Of a stretch of 30,350 nucleotides of DNA, positions 17,005-26,968 are shown in pieces (the first letter of the stretch is position 1; each line of letters opens with the position of its first letter). Made by a program: the position numbers and the translations under genes. The DNA is from Candidatus Methanomethylophilaceae archaeon (GTDB lineage Archaea; Thermoplasmatota; Thermoplasmata; Methanomassiliicoccales; Methanomethylophilaceae): contig JBMNQN010000010.1 of the NCBI GenBank assembly GCA_050944155.1, positions 1 through 30,350 of the forward strand. The letters are read 5' to 3'. Below the pieces are notes generated by a model. The model made no database searches. It saw only the letters and a list, made by a program, of their open reading frames with translations, and was not told the origin of the DNA.

Positions 17005-18242
17005 ATTTTTTCCGCTAAATCTTTTATGGCGACGGTTTCCTGCGCTCCGGTTTCCATGTTGCGCAGTGTTACGGAATCGGATTCCAGTTCGTTTTTTCCC
17101 ACAATAACCGCGTATTTGGCTCTTACCGACGAGGCGTACTTCATCGCTTTGGCCATTTTTCTTCCCATTATGTCGGTGTCGCAGGAAACTCCCGCCGATC
17201 TGAGCATCGACGTTATTTCCATGGCCTTCAGCCTGACGTCGTCGGATACCGGAACCACGTACGCGTCTATTCCTCTGGGTTCGTAAGAAATTCCTTCCTT
17301 CTCCATAGCCAGAAGTATTCTGTCGAATCCCACCGCGAATCCGGTCGAGAACACTTTTTCTCCTCCGAACAGCTCCGACAGTGTGTAGGAACCTCCTCCG
17401 CAGATCTGCTTTTCCGCACCGAGAACGGGAGCTTCGGCTTCGAAAACCGCTCCCGTGTAATAATCGAGACCGCGGACCACGCCCAGGTCTATTTCGAAAT
17501 CCGAAATTCCCATGACGCCGAGAATTTCCGTAAGTTTTCTGAGATAATCTCCCGCTTCTCCGGGAATCCTGTCGAGAACTTCGGGACCGCCCGACGTCTC
17601 CGTAAGAGAGAATATTTCGGATATTTCGTCCGAACCGGCTCCCGCATCTTCCAGCAGGGGACGTGCTTCGTCGTAACGTTTCTTGTCGAGCTTCTGAAGA
17701 ATCTCCGCCATTTTGCCGGCGGGAACTCCGGCTGCCGCAAGACTGTCTCTCAGAACTCCGATGTGTCCTATCCTGAATCTGAAATCTTTTATTCCAAGCG
17801 CCCCGATCATGGCATGTGCCAGCGCTATGGCTTCCGCATCCGTTTCCGGAGTCGCCGAACCGATGAGTTCGGCTCCGAACTGGAAAAATTCCCTGTACCT
17901 TCCGTTCTGCGGCCTTTCGTATCTGAAGCACTGCCCGAAATAGAAGATTTTCACCGGTTTGGGCTCGTTGCTCATGCCGTTCACGAACATCCTCACGGCG
18001 GGAGCGGTCAGTTCCGGCCTGAGTGCCAGATCCCTGTCTCCCTTGTCTTTGAACGCGTAAAGCTCGTTCATTATGTTGGGGCCGCTTCTCAGAACGAACA
18101 GTTCCAGATCTTCGAAAATCGGCGTGGAAACTTCCCTGAATCCGAACTTAAGCGCGGTTTCTCTGAGAATTCCCTCGTAATACCTGCGTCTCTCCATCTC
18201 GTCGGGAAGAAAATCCCTCGTTCCGCGGGGACACTGAATCAT
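16995..18242 (-). CDS. hisS: Histidine--tRNA ligase
   Basis: PRGTRDF, LRPELTAP, FRYERPQNGRYREFFQFG.E, VRGLDYYTG, CGGGSY, GFAVGFDR. Confidence 0.97.
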   Translation of the reverse strand: MIQCPRGTRDFLPDEMERRRYYEGILRETALKFGFREVSTPIFEDLELFVLRSGPNIMNELYAFKDKGDRDLALRPELTAPAVRMFVNGMSNEPKPVKIFYFGQCFRYERPQNGRYREFFQFGAELIGSATPETDAEAIALAHAMIGALGIKDFRFRIGHIGVLRDSLAAAGVPAGKMAEILQKLDKKRYDEARPLLEDAGAGSDEISEIFSLTETSGGPEVLDRIPGEAGDYLRKLTEILGVMGISDFEIDLGVVRGLDYYTGAVFEAEAPVLGAEKQICGGGSYTLSELFGGEKVFSTGFAVGFDRILLAMEKEGISYEPRGIDAYVVPVSDDVRLKAMEITSMLRSAGVSCDTDIMGRKMAKAMKYASSVRAKYAVIVGKNELESDSVTLRNMETGAQETVAIKDLAEKIQG

Positions 18243-18278
18243 ATTCTCCCCTATGACATGAAGATAATAAACTTGTTC

Positions 18279-19379
18279 TCAGCGCTTCACGATTACCGAA
18301 AGTATGTCCTTGTCCATCAGTACGTGCTCCAGACCCACAGTCTGACCCGGAAACTTGGCGCTGTCTCCCCACACCATGGCGTATCTGAAACGGTTCCTGA
18401 AATCTCTGTGAATCAGTTCGCAGACGTCTCCCACGTTGTTTCCCCTTTTGATAATAAGAGGTATATCCATATCCGCTTCCTGTCCCTGGGGTTTGAGATA
18501 GACGCGGATCATGTCGATGGTGTCGTAAAGAGCCTGTTTCAGATCTTCCATTCCCTGTCCGGTGGCGGCGGACACGGGAACCGTCTGATAGTTGGAATGC
18601 ATTTTTTGGACGGCTTCCAGCTGTCCCGGTTCGGCAAGATCCATTTTGTTTATCGCCATCAGGGATTTGATGTAGACCCTGTTTCCCGCCAGAACGTCCA
18701 GCATCTGTTCCACCGTGATGTCTTCGCGGACGACCACCGTCGCGTTTATGTGACCGTAGGCCGCAGTCATGTCTTTTATTGTGTCTTCGGTTATTTTCGT
18801 TAATTTCAGTGTCGGCTTGACCTGGATTCCGCCCTGTCCCGTGGGCGTTATCACAACGTCCGGTTTACTCTGGTCCAGGCGTATTCCCGAGTTGTAAAGC
18901 TCTCCGAAAAGAACGCTGATATCCGGATTGAAGATGTCGACGACGAAAAGAATCACGTCCGAAGCCCTTGCGGCCGCTATGACCTCTCTGCCGCGTCCTT
19001 TGCCGCGGGACGCGTCTTTGATCAGCCCCGGCATATCCAGAATCTGAATCTTCGCGTGGTTGTATTCGAGAACTCCCGGAACCACGTCCAAAGTGGTGAA
19101 ATGGTACGCTCCGGTTTCGGATTTCGTTCCCGTAAGCTGGTTCAGAAGGGTGGATTTTCCCACAGACGGGAATCCGACCAGGGCGACGGTTGCGTTTCCG
19201 GCTTTTTTGACGTAGAATCCTTTGGTCGAACCTTTGGAGGACCGCCTTTTTTCCTCTTCGGCGGTAAGCTTCGCTATTTTCGCTTTGAGCTTCCCGATGT
19301 GCGCTTCGGTCGCTTTGTTGTATTTGGTGTTGGAAATCTGCTCTTCCAATTCTTTTATCTGCTCTTCTATCGTTGCCAA
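18279..19379 (-). CDS. DRG/Rbg1-family OBG GTPase with TGS domain
   Basis: TKYNKATEAHIGKLKAKIAKL, GFPSVGKST, FTTL, DMPG, NKMD, C-terminal TGS (SAKFPGQTVGLEHVL.D.D). Probable TTG start at 19379. Confidence 0.94.
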   Translation of the reverse strand: MATIEEQIKELEEQISNTKYNKATEAHIGKLKAKIAKLTAEEEKRRSSKGSTKGFYVKKAGNATVALVGFPSVGKSTLLNQLTGTKSETGAYHFTTLDVVPGVLEYNHAKIQILDMPGLIKDASRGKGRGREVIAAARASDVILFVVDIFNPDISVLFGELYNSGIRLDQSKPDVVITPTGQGGIQVKPTLKLTKITEDTIKDMTAAYGHINATVVVREDITVEQMLDVLAGNRVYIKSLMAINKMDLAEPGQLEAVQKMHSNYQTVPVSAATGQGMEDLKQALYDTIDMIRVYLKPQGQEADMDIPLIIKRGNNVGDVCELIHRDFRNRFRYAMVWGDSAKFPGQTVGLEHVLMDKDILSVIVKR

Positions 19380-19441
19380 TTCGGTTCCGCCCTCTTGATA
19401 CACTTGGTTATATTAGACCTTCACCCGATGTTAGGTTTTTA

Positions 19442-20575
19442 ATGGGAGAGAGCATTACCGCCCCGATGGCCCTTAATCTGGAGAACGTACCGGGAAAGGA
19501 AAAGAAGAAACTCGGACTGAATCAGTATCTCGGACTGATATGCGGGTTCTTCATGGCGCTCGTGATACTGGTATCGGGAGTATACACCATACTTTCGTGT
19601 TTCAGCATGCTCGTAATCGGCGCGGTTCTGTACCTCATTCCCCACTTTATGAAGGTCAAAGACATCAAGGTCATGATTGCGCACGGCGCTATTTTCATGG
19701 TTGTCGCAATTCTGATCGGAGGTCTGTATTCCTCTCCCGCATACGTTAACCAGCACGATTCTTTCACCGATTCCGGAAGTTTCAGCAGCTGTACGTACAC
19801 GGTGGAAGACTACGGATACGACATTCAGGTTTCTTACAGCGATTCGGTATCGGTGCACGAACCCAGAATCCAGCTCATGGGCGTCGAAAGGGTCGGATAC
19901 AATTCCGTTTACGGCGTAAGGGACGGGACGGAAATTATTAAGCCGTACGAAGACGACGGAAGCGTTGCAAAGTTCAGGGTAGAAACCGACGACGGTCTCT
20001 ACGCCATGTTCTTCTACATGGAAAATACGTCCGACGGGTCTATGGCCGACGGTTCCAGAAGCATATCCTTCTTCCTGCACGACAAGACCTCTGATTCCGT
20101 CATGAATTCCGCCGTGTGGTCCGGAACGGCATACTTCCTGGCTATGTGCATGGCCATGTACTTCATGATACTCTTCTTCTCCCACGCCATAAGAAGCAGC
20201 GCCGACAAATCCCGCAAGAAGATGGAAGCCCAGGGCCGTCTGTATCCCGTGGGCTACGGCAGATGCAAAAAGTGCAACGCAATCGTGCTTCCGGGAGAAG
20301 TGACCTGCCGGAAATGCGGCACGTACATCGACGTTCCCGACGAGATGAAGCCCGAGAAGAAAGACTTCTTCGTATGTTCCGACTGCGGTGCGGAAGTGGA
20401 GGAAGGCTCGGACGTGTGCCCCAAATGCGGCGCGGAATTCGACGAGGGGATAGAAGTGGAAGTGGAACGTGCCGACGGCACCGTGAAAACTTCCGAGATG
20501 ACCGAATGCGGCAACTGCGGAGCGACCGTTCCTCCCGGCATATGTCCCAAATGCGGAAGGAAAACGGACGAATAA
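19442..20575 (+). CDS. Membrane protein with C-terminal zinc-ribbon repeats
   Basis: Three N-terminal hydrophobic segments, a soluble middle domain, a fourth TM, then three CxxC...CxxC pairs (CKKC/CRKC, CSDC/CPKC, CGNC/CPKC). Confidence 0.85.
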   Translation: MGESITAPMALNLENVPGKEKKKLGLNQYLGLICGFFMALVILVSGVYTILSCFSMLVIGAVLYLIPHFMKVKDIKVMIAHGAIFMVVAILIGGLYSSPAYVNQHDSFTDSGSFSSCTYTVEDYGYDIQVSYSDSVSVHEPRIQLMGVERVGYNSVYGVRDGTEIIKPYEDDGSVAKFRVETDDGLYAMFFYMENTSDGSMADGSRSISFFLHDKTSDSVMNSAVWSGTAYFLAMCMAMYFMILFFSHAIRSSADKSRKKMEAQGRLYPVGYGRCKKCNAIVLPGEVTCRKCGTYIDVPDEMKPEKKDFFVCSDCGAEVEEGSDVCPKCGAEFDEGIEVEVERADGTVKTSEMTECGNCGATVPPGICPKCGRKTDE

Positions 20576-20645
20576 CCGCCGTTCCGAAACGTGCCAGTGT
20601 ACCGGAAGCAATATTTTTTAAACAGACCCGAACATACGGTTTCGG

Positions 20646-22691
20646 ATGCGCTCTAACGAAGACAGTCCGGACCCTGGATCCCGTCCGGGAAGATCCGTAG
20701 CTTACAAACTTGCAGAAAAACAACAGGAAATTTCGGTTGCGGAATTTTTCGAAAAGAACAAACAGATTCTCGGTTTTGATTCCCGATCCAAATCGTTGCT
20801 GATGGGTATTAAGGAAGCCGTCGACAACTCTCTAGATGCCTGCGAAGAAGCCGGAATTCCTCCGGAGATAAGCGTAAAAATAGAAAGACTCGACGACGAC
20901 GAATACCGTATAACCGTAGAGGACAACGGACCCGGAATCGTCCACAAATCCATGCCCAACGTTTACGGGCGTCTTCTGTACGGTTCCCGATTCCACGCGC
21001 TGAGACAGTCCAGAGGACAGCAGGGTATCGGTATATCCGCCACGGTCATGTACGGATACCTGACCACGGGAAAACCCGCACACGTTATTTCCAAAGTGTC
21101 CGGCGCCGACGAAGTCGCATGGGAAATGGATATCGTAATAGACACGAAAACAAACCGTCCCATCGTAACCAACGACCGCGCATTCACCTGGGACAGAGAC
21201 CACGGAACCAGCATTCAGTTCACGATCAAAGGAAGATACATCACGGGAAAACAGTCCGTGTTCGAATATCTGAAGAACACGGCCATAGTCAATCCCCACG
21301 CTTCCATAACGTTCATAGACCCGGACGGGAAAAAATTCATCTTCGAGAAGGCGACCGATTCCCTGCCTCCGAAACCCAAGGAGATAAAACCTCACCCGGA
21401 CGGGATGGAAATCGGAGACCTCATCAAATATGCCAGAGCAAGCAAACAGAAAAACATGAAATCGTTCCTCAAGGAAGATTTCTCCAGAGTCACCGGACGT
21501 ATAGCCGACGAGATTCTGAAAATCTCCGGAGTGGATCCCAAACTTCCGCCGGGAAAACTCGACAGGGACGGTTCTGCCGCCATGATCGATGCCATAAGCA
21601 AAGTGAAAATCATGGCGCCTCAGACCGACTGCCTTTCCCCCATAGGTGACACCCTGATCAAGAAAGGACTCATGCACGTTCTCGAGGGCCTGAGACCCGA
21701 TTACTACGCCATGCCGGTAACCCGTTCCCCCAAAACGGTAAACGGAAATCCCTTCGTCATAGAAGTGGGAATAGTTTACGGAGGGGACATACCCTCGGAC
21801 AGCCAGGTCAGCATACTCAGATTCGCCAACCGCGTTCCCCTGCTTTACCAGCAGGGAGCCTGCGCCGCAACCAAAGCCATAAGCGAAATGGACTGGAGGA
21901 GGTACGGGCTGGAACAGAGAGGCGGAAAGGGAATACCCTTCGGTCCCGCCATAATTCTCGTACACATGGCATCCACCAAGGTTCCCTTCACTTCGGAAGG
22001 AAAGGAAGCCATAGCCAGCTATCCCGAAATAGTAAGCGAGATGACCGCCGCCCTGAGGCTGTGCGCCAGGAACCTGAAAAGCCACCTGAACAAGATGGAC
22101 CGCCGTTCCAAAACGAGAGCGAAGTTCGACATCGTTCAGACAATACTTCCGGATCTCGCCGAAAAGACGGCGGAATACCTGGAACGTCCGGTTCCCAACC
22201 TGGACCGCACCATAACGAAAATAATGAACGTGGTGTGGATAGAACCATCCGAAGAGAAAATCAACAAACAGGACCGGAGAATAACATACACGATATACAA
22301 CTACACGAACACCGTCCGCAAGTTCGGACTCCACGCCCAGGTTCCGAAGGAATCCGTCAATCTGGCACTTTTCTCCAATCCTTATTTCGTGGACATGAAC
22401 GACGACGGAAAGGCGTACTGGGAAGTCAGAGACCTGATGCCTTCCGAGTCGATGACCATAACGTTCGAACTTACGGGAGAGCTTGCCGATACGTTCTCCC
22501 CCGAAGACGTGTACGTCTCGGGAATAAACCCGGTGATGGTCATGGGTGCCGAACCCCTTCCGGGAGACTGGGGAATCAAAGGCATGGAAATCATCGAAGA
22601 AGAGGTTGTTACCGAGGAAGAAGAGGTAACCGACGAAGAAGACGAAATACTTGAAGACGACGACCTGAAAGGAGGCGGAAACAATGATTGA
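20646..22691 (+). CDS. top6B: DNA topoisomerase VI subunit B
   Basis: EISVAEFFEKNKQILGF, GHKL motifs KEAVDNSLDACE / DNGPGI / SRGQQGIGISA, RFANRVPLLY, STKVPFTSEGKEAI. Exact start uncertain. Confidence 0.97.
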   Translation: MRSNEDSPDPGSRPGRSVAYKLAEKQQEISVAEFFEKNKQILGFDSRSKSLLMGIKEAVDNSLDACEEAGIPPEISVKIERLDDDEYRITVEDNGPGIVHKSMPNVYGRLLYGSRFHALRQSRGQQGIGISATVMYGYLTTGKPAHVISKVSGADEVAWEMDIVIDTKTNRPIVTNDRAFTWDRDHGTSIQFTIKGRYITGKQSVFEYLKNTAIVNPHASITFIDPDGKKFIFEKATDSLPPKPKEIKPHPDGMEIGDLIKYARASKQKNMKSFLKEDFSRVTGRIADEILKISGVDPKLPPGKLDRDGSAAMIDAISKVKIMAPQTDCLSPIGDTLIKKGLMHVLEGLRPDYYAMPVTRSPKTVNGNPFVIEVGIVYGGDIPSDSQVSILRFANRVPLLYQQGACAATKAISEMDWRRYGLEQRGGKGIPFGPAIILVHMASTKVPFTSEGKEAIASYPEIVSEMTAALRLCARNLKSHLNKMDRRSKTRAKFDIVQTILPDLAEKTAEYLERPVPNLDRTITKIMNVVWIEPSEEKINKQDRRITYTIYNYTNTVRKFGLHAQVPKESVNLALFSNPYFVDMNDDGKAYWEVRDLMPSESMTITFELTGELADTFSPEDVYVSGINPVMVMGAEPLPGDWGIKGMEIIEEEVVTEEEEVTDEEDEILEDDDLKGGGNND

Positions 22692-23775
22692 AAGACACGA
22701 AAAGGCCGTAGACAGACTGACGGGAATCGTCGAAAATCTCTATGATCAGCTGGACGCGGGAAACGTTCCCAACATGGAAATAGCCCAGAGGTCCAAAAAC
22801 AACATAGAATTCGATTCCAAAAGCAGCGTCTGGAGATACGGGGACCAGACAACAACACGCACCGCCAAAACCGTAAAGGGTTCCATGATGCTTCTCAGAA
22901 CCGTCTACACGGCGGACTTCATCAAAAAGATGCTGGAAACGAACAAGTCCTCCACCCTGAGGGAAATGTACTACATCTCGGAGGGATGGAACAACGCCAA
23001 ATTCCACAGCCAGGACGAAAGCAACATTCTGGCCGAAGATCTGGAGGTCATGACGGGATGCATGAGGGAAGATTTCAAACTCCGTCCCGAAGAAGACGGT
23101 TCCAGAGTTTACGGGGACCTGACTCTTACCGAACTCACCAGAAAAGGCGAGAAAAAGAAAATCAACTGCATAGACGACGTGGGTGACTCCGGGTACGGAA
23201 TACCGTACAACGTGGAACAGGACAAAATCGAGTTTCTGAACTGCAACGCGAAGTTCGTCATGGCCGTGGAGACCGGAGGTATGTTCGACAGGCTCGTGGA
23301 GAACGGTTTCTGCGAGAAACACGACGTCCTTCTGGTACATCTCAAAGGACAGCCGGCGAGAAGCACCCGCCGTTTCATCAAACGCGTGAACGAAAACCTG
23401 AACCTTCCCGTCACCGTGTTTACCGACGGAGATCCCTGGTCCTTCAGAATATTCGCTTCCGTGGCTTACGGTGCAATAAAGACCGCACACATTTCCGATT
23501 ATCTTGCGACTCCGTCGGCCCAGTTCATAGGAATAACCCCTTCGGACATTCTTAACTACGATTTGCCCACGGACAAGCTCACCGACAGGGACATAGGGGC
23601 GCTTAACGCGGAACTTTCCGACCCCCGTTTCGCCGACGGCTTCTGGACCAACGAGATACAGGCCATGCTTAGCATGAAGAAGAAAGCGGAACAGCAGGCT
23701 CTGGCCAAGTACGGCCTGGATTACGTCACGGACACGTATCTTCCGGAGAAACTCGCGGATATGGGAATACTGTGA
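22684..23775 (+). CDS. top6A: DNA topoisomerase VI subunit A
   Basis: STLREMYY (catalytic Tyr region), TOPRIM AVE..., KGQPARSTR, FTDGDPW, KAEQQAL. Confidence 0.97.
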   Translation: MIERHEKAVDRLTGIVENLYDQLDAGNVPNMEIAQRSKNNIEFDSKSSVWRYGDQTTTRTAKTVKGSMMLLRTVYTADFIKKMLETNKSSTLREMYYISEGWNNAKFHSQDESNILAEDLEVMTGCMREDFKLRPEEDGSRVYGDLTLTELTRKGEKKKINCIDDVGDSGYGIPYNVEQDKIEFLNCNAKFVMAVETGGMFDRLVENGFCEKHDVLLVHLKGQPARSTRRFIKRVNENLNLPVTVFTDGDPWSFRIFASVAYGAIKTAHISDYLATPSAQFIGITPSDILNYDLPTDKLTDRDIGALNAELSDPRFADGFWTNEIQAMLSMKKKAEQQALAKYGLDYVTDTYLPEKLADMGIL

Positions 23776-25320
23776 TCACTGGGCGGCCTGGATTATCCTG
23801 TTGACCGCGAACGCCTTGTCCATTCCTGCGAGGAACGTCCCTATCCTGGGGCCGGCTTTCTTGCCGATGAATATGCGGTACAGCACGCTGTACCCGCCTT
23901 TCAGTCCCACAGGGGATTCTTTTGCGGTTTCGGAGATTACGGACGCAATCGTATCGGCTTCCCAGACGCAGTCGTATATGCGCTTGGAAAGGGCCTGAAG
24001 GAACGCTTTGTCTCCCATGGTGAGATTGATGCCCTGAGGCACCGTGGGACACACGGAGAATTTAACTCTGTCGGGAGCGAACCCGTTGAGCCAGTATCTC
24101 ACGCAGTCCACCCTGCGGGAGAGTCTCTTGATGTCCGAAGGGGACATATCGGAAAGATCTTCGGTGCGTCCCAGCACCTCAAGGACGCCTTCGAAAGTAT
24201 CGGCCATCTGAACCACGTTCACCAGATGCCTGTACGGTACCTGGCGGGGAAGTTTCGACGGAACGTGATTGTGCTGCGCGATTTCGTAAGCTCTTATGAG
24301 ATTCTCTTCGGATTCGGCATGACCGCCGTTGAAATACAGACGCTCCATGCGGTCGTACTCGTCGGCCATGTCCAGAATACCCAGTCCGGAATCGTAGTCT
24401 ATGGCTTTGGAAGGGTTGACCCTCAGGAACATATAGTTCAGAACTTCGGGAGGAGTCATATTTATCGCATCCAATCCCGTAACCGGACTTCCCAGGGATT
24501 TGTGCATCTGCCCCACCCCTTTCAGCTGGACGAATTCGTAAGGAATCGGATAGGGCGCTTTACCGCCGTAAATCTCTTCCACTATGCGTACGCCGGTTTC
24601 GTAAGAACCTCCCGCCGCGGCGTGATCCTTTCCGAAAGGTTCCGCGGAAGTGCCGAATATGGACCATTTGGCCGGCCACTCCAGCCTCCATGTGAGTTTT
24701 CCTTCCGCTTTCCTTACGTCGGCTCTGCCGCAGTTTCCGCAGCTGCACTCGTACCACATGTACGGAAACGCATAGTTATCGAAAATCGGCCTGGAGAATC
24801 TTCCGCACTCGGAACACACCGGGGTATACGGAGCGTAATCGGGATTTTCTTCTTTTCCCGTGACTTCGGAGAGTATTTTGATTACCTGGTCTCTCTTTTT
24901 CATGGCCATGTCCACGTGTTCCGCGAACTTTCCCTCTTCGTAAAGCTTGTGCGTCCAGATTATCTCGCACTGAACTCCCAGGGAATCCACCGCATCAAGG
25001 AACGGCTGGACGAAGTGGTGGGCGTAATTTTTGTGCTTTCCGCAGGGACAGGGTATTTCGGATATGGGCATTCCCACGTATTTTTCGAATTCTTTGGGCA
25101 GGAAATCGTACCGTTTGCGGAGAGGGTCGTAAGAATCGATCAAATAAATCAGTCTGACTTCCTTTCCCAGATTTTCGACGGCGCTGCGGACGGATTCTCC
25201 GGTGATGGCCTCCCTGAGGCTTCCCACGTGTATGATGCCGGTGGGACTGATGCCGGTTGCTATCAGCGGCTTGTCGCAGCTTTCGGCGATTTTGTTTGCT
25301 ATTACGTCTGCCCAATGCAT
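23776..25320 (-). CDS. lysS: Lysine--tRNA ligase, class I
   Basis: MHWAD, GISPTGIIHVGSLRE, GKLTWRLEWPAKW, EPFGKDH, KMSKS-like QMHKSLG, GPRIG. Confidence 0.96.
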   Translation of the reverse strand: MHWADVIANKIAESCDKPLIATGISPTGIIHVGSLREAITGESVRSAVENLGKEVRLIYLIDSYDPLRKRYDFLPKEFEKYVGMPISEIPCPCGKHKNYAHHFVQPFLDAVDSLGVQCEIIWTHKLYEEGKFAEHVDMAMKKRDQVIKILSEVTGKEENPDYAPYTPVCSECGRFSRPIFDNYAFPYMWYECSCGNCGRADVRKAEGKLTWRLEWPAKWSIFGTSAEPFGKDHAAAGGSYETGVRIVEEIYGGKAPYPIPYEFVQLKGVGQMHKSLGSPVTGLDAINMTPPEVLNYMFLRVNPSKAIDYDSGLGILDMADEYDRMERLYFNGGHAESEENLIRAYEIAQHNHVPSKLPRQVPYRHLVNVVQMADTFEGVLEVLGRTEDLSDMSPSDIKRLSRRVDCVRYWLNGFAPDRVKFSVCPTVPQGINLTMGDKAFLQALSKRIYDCVWEADTIASVISETAKESPVGLKGGYSVLYRIFIGKKAGPRIGTFLAGMDKAFAVNRIIQAAQ

Positions 25321-25410
25321 TGGAATCGGGTGCCCAACATACCCGGGCTATTAAGATATTTCCGCCGTCGGGAGCAATGCTTTTAATATACACCCGCGAT
25401 TGGGCAACGG

Positions 25411-25578
25411 ATGGCATCCAAGAAAAACGACAGCGGATTTCAGTCTTCGGCCGGACTCATGAGATATTTCGACTCCGAAACCGACAAGGGACTCAAGATT
25501 TCTCCCAAGGCGGTCATAGGTTTGGCCATCGCTTTCATCGTGGTAGTCGTCGTGGCGCAGGTTTTCTTCCCTGTCTGA
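25411..25578 (+). CDS. secG: Preprotein translocase subunit Sec61-beta (archaeal SecG), 55 aa; absent from the ORF track
   Basis: Hand translation gives MASKKNDSGFQSSAGLMRYFDSETDKGLKISPKAVIGLAIAFIVVVVVAQVFFPV*, with the SAGL.RYF...KI.P signature and a single C-terminal TM. TATA-like TTTAATATA about 25 nt upstream. Confidence 0.93.
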   Translation: MASKKNDSGFQSSAGLMRYFDSETDKGLKISPKAVIGLAIAFIVVVVVAQVFFPV

Positions 25579-25638
25579 AGCTGTTTCCGACGGTACTCGT
25601 TTCGTACGTATACGCTCAGTGCGGATTTTCTTTCCCGT

Positions 25639-26922
25639 TTAAGGTGCTTCCCAGCAGGAAATTGCGGGAGTCTCCGGTATTCCTTCCGGATATTTTTTCT
25701 TGAAAGCCCTTTCGATCAGCGGAGGAGCGATTATCGTGGTTACCACAGACATGAGTACTATCACCGCGTTCATGTCCGAAGTCAGGTGTCCGGTGGAAAG
25801 TCCGATGGCAGCTATTATTATACCCACTTCCGCCCTGGGAATCATGCCTATTCCCACAATGTTCGCAGATTTCTTGTCCGCCGTCTTGTCGGATATTCTG
25901 ACCCCTATGTAGCATCCGACATACTTCATTATGACCGCAAGGAATATCACGACGGCCGCAAGCGCAAGCACCGTTGCGCTGGTGAGCGAAGATACGTGCA
26001 CCTGCATACCCACGTGAAGGAAGAAGAAGGGAAGGAAGAACGACGTAATGGTTCCTATCGTAACCTTCAGATTCCATTTTTCGGCGTAATCCGCAAGCAT
26101 CATACCGCCCAGGAAGGCCCCTATGATTGCGGCAAGACCCAGCGCCTGTGAAATCGTAGCCATTATGAGACACACGGCGATGGCGAAAACCGCTTTGTCG
26201 ATCTTTCTGCCGGAATCTTTGCCCGCGTCGCATCTTTTCTTGGAACAGCTCGCCAGCCAGGGAACGCAGCGCTGGCAGAATACGAAAACGGCCATCACGA
26301 ACAGAACGGAAATGAAGACAACCTTCAGTACACTGAGTATACTGAGACCCTCGTTCGAAGTCATTCCCGAAACGATTGCGAGAACAATCATACCCAGTAT
26401 ATCGTCGATAACCGCCGCCCCTATGATTATGCGGGCTTCCTTGGTGTTGGACGCTTTGAGGTCCATTATGACTTTTGCCGTAACTCCCACGCTGGTGGCC
26501 ACCATTGCGGCCGCCATGTACATCGCGTGAACTATGTTCCGGTCGTAGAAGTAAAGAGAGATTCCCGCGGCGAAGGGAAGTATGACTCCCAGTATCGCCA
26601 CGTACATTGCGGGCTTGCCCACGGACATTATCTCGCAGGACCTGGTTTCCAGCCCCACGCAGAACAGAAGGAAAATGGCGCCCATCTCGGAAATGATGGC
26701 CAGCGCGTTATAGTTCAGCGACGCCGAAACACCTTCGGCCGGCATCACGACATCGAAAAATCCCAGAAAACTTCCGCCGTCCCAGACAATGTTCGCTACG
26801 ATTATGCCGACTACAATCTGACCTATCAGTCCGGGTATACCCAGTTTTTCGAATATCAGAGATCCCAGCGATGCCAGTACGAACAATACGGACAGCATTA
26901 TCAGAACGGTCAGCAGTTCCAT
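25639..26922 (-). CDS. Cation:proton antiporter, CPA2 family (NapA/GerN/KefB-like)
   Basis: GAIFLLFCVGLET, ATSVGVTAKV, GAAVIDDILG, IIGAFLGG, FLPFFF..VG, GMIPRAEVG; about 12 TM segments. Confidence 0.92.
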   Translation of the reverse strand: MELLTVLIMLSVLFVLASLGSLIFEKLGIPGLIGQIVVGIIVANIVWDGGSFLGFFDVVMPAEGVSASLNYNALAIISEMGAIFLLFCVGLETRSCEIMSVGKPAMYVAILGVILPFAAGISLYFYDRNIVHAMYMAAAMVATSVGVTAKVIMDLKASNTKEARIIIGAAVIDDILGMIVLAIVSGMTSNEGLSILSVLKVVFISVLFVMAVFVFCQRCVPWLASCSKKRCDAGKDSGRKIDKAVFAIAVCLIMATISQALGLAAIIGAFLGGMMLADYAEKWNLKVTIGTITSFFLPFFFLHVGMQVHVSSLTSATVLALAAVVIFLAVIMKYVGCYIGVRISDKTADKKSANIVGIGMIPRAEVGIIIAAIGLSTGHLTSDMNAVIVLMSVVTTIIAPPLIERAFKKKYPEGIPETPAISCWEAP

Positions 26923-26968
26923 AGGAGCCCAATAAAAACAAGAGATAAAAGAGTTTCTGAAAGGGTGT

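Noticed and set aside
22595-22670. GAA-rich repeat near the end of top6B
   Set aside because: It simply encodes an acidic C-terminal tail (EEEVVTEEEEVTDEEDE) and is not a separate element.
6729-24052. Long antisense or alternative-frame ORFs (e.g. 6729-7763, 7778-9013, 10859-12184, 19439-20611, 20832-22334)
   Set aside because: They are shadows of well-supported genes, caused by codon bias in moderately GC-rich DNA, and carry no recognisable motifs.
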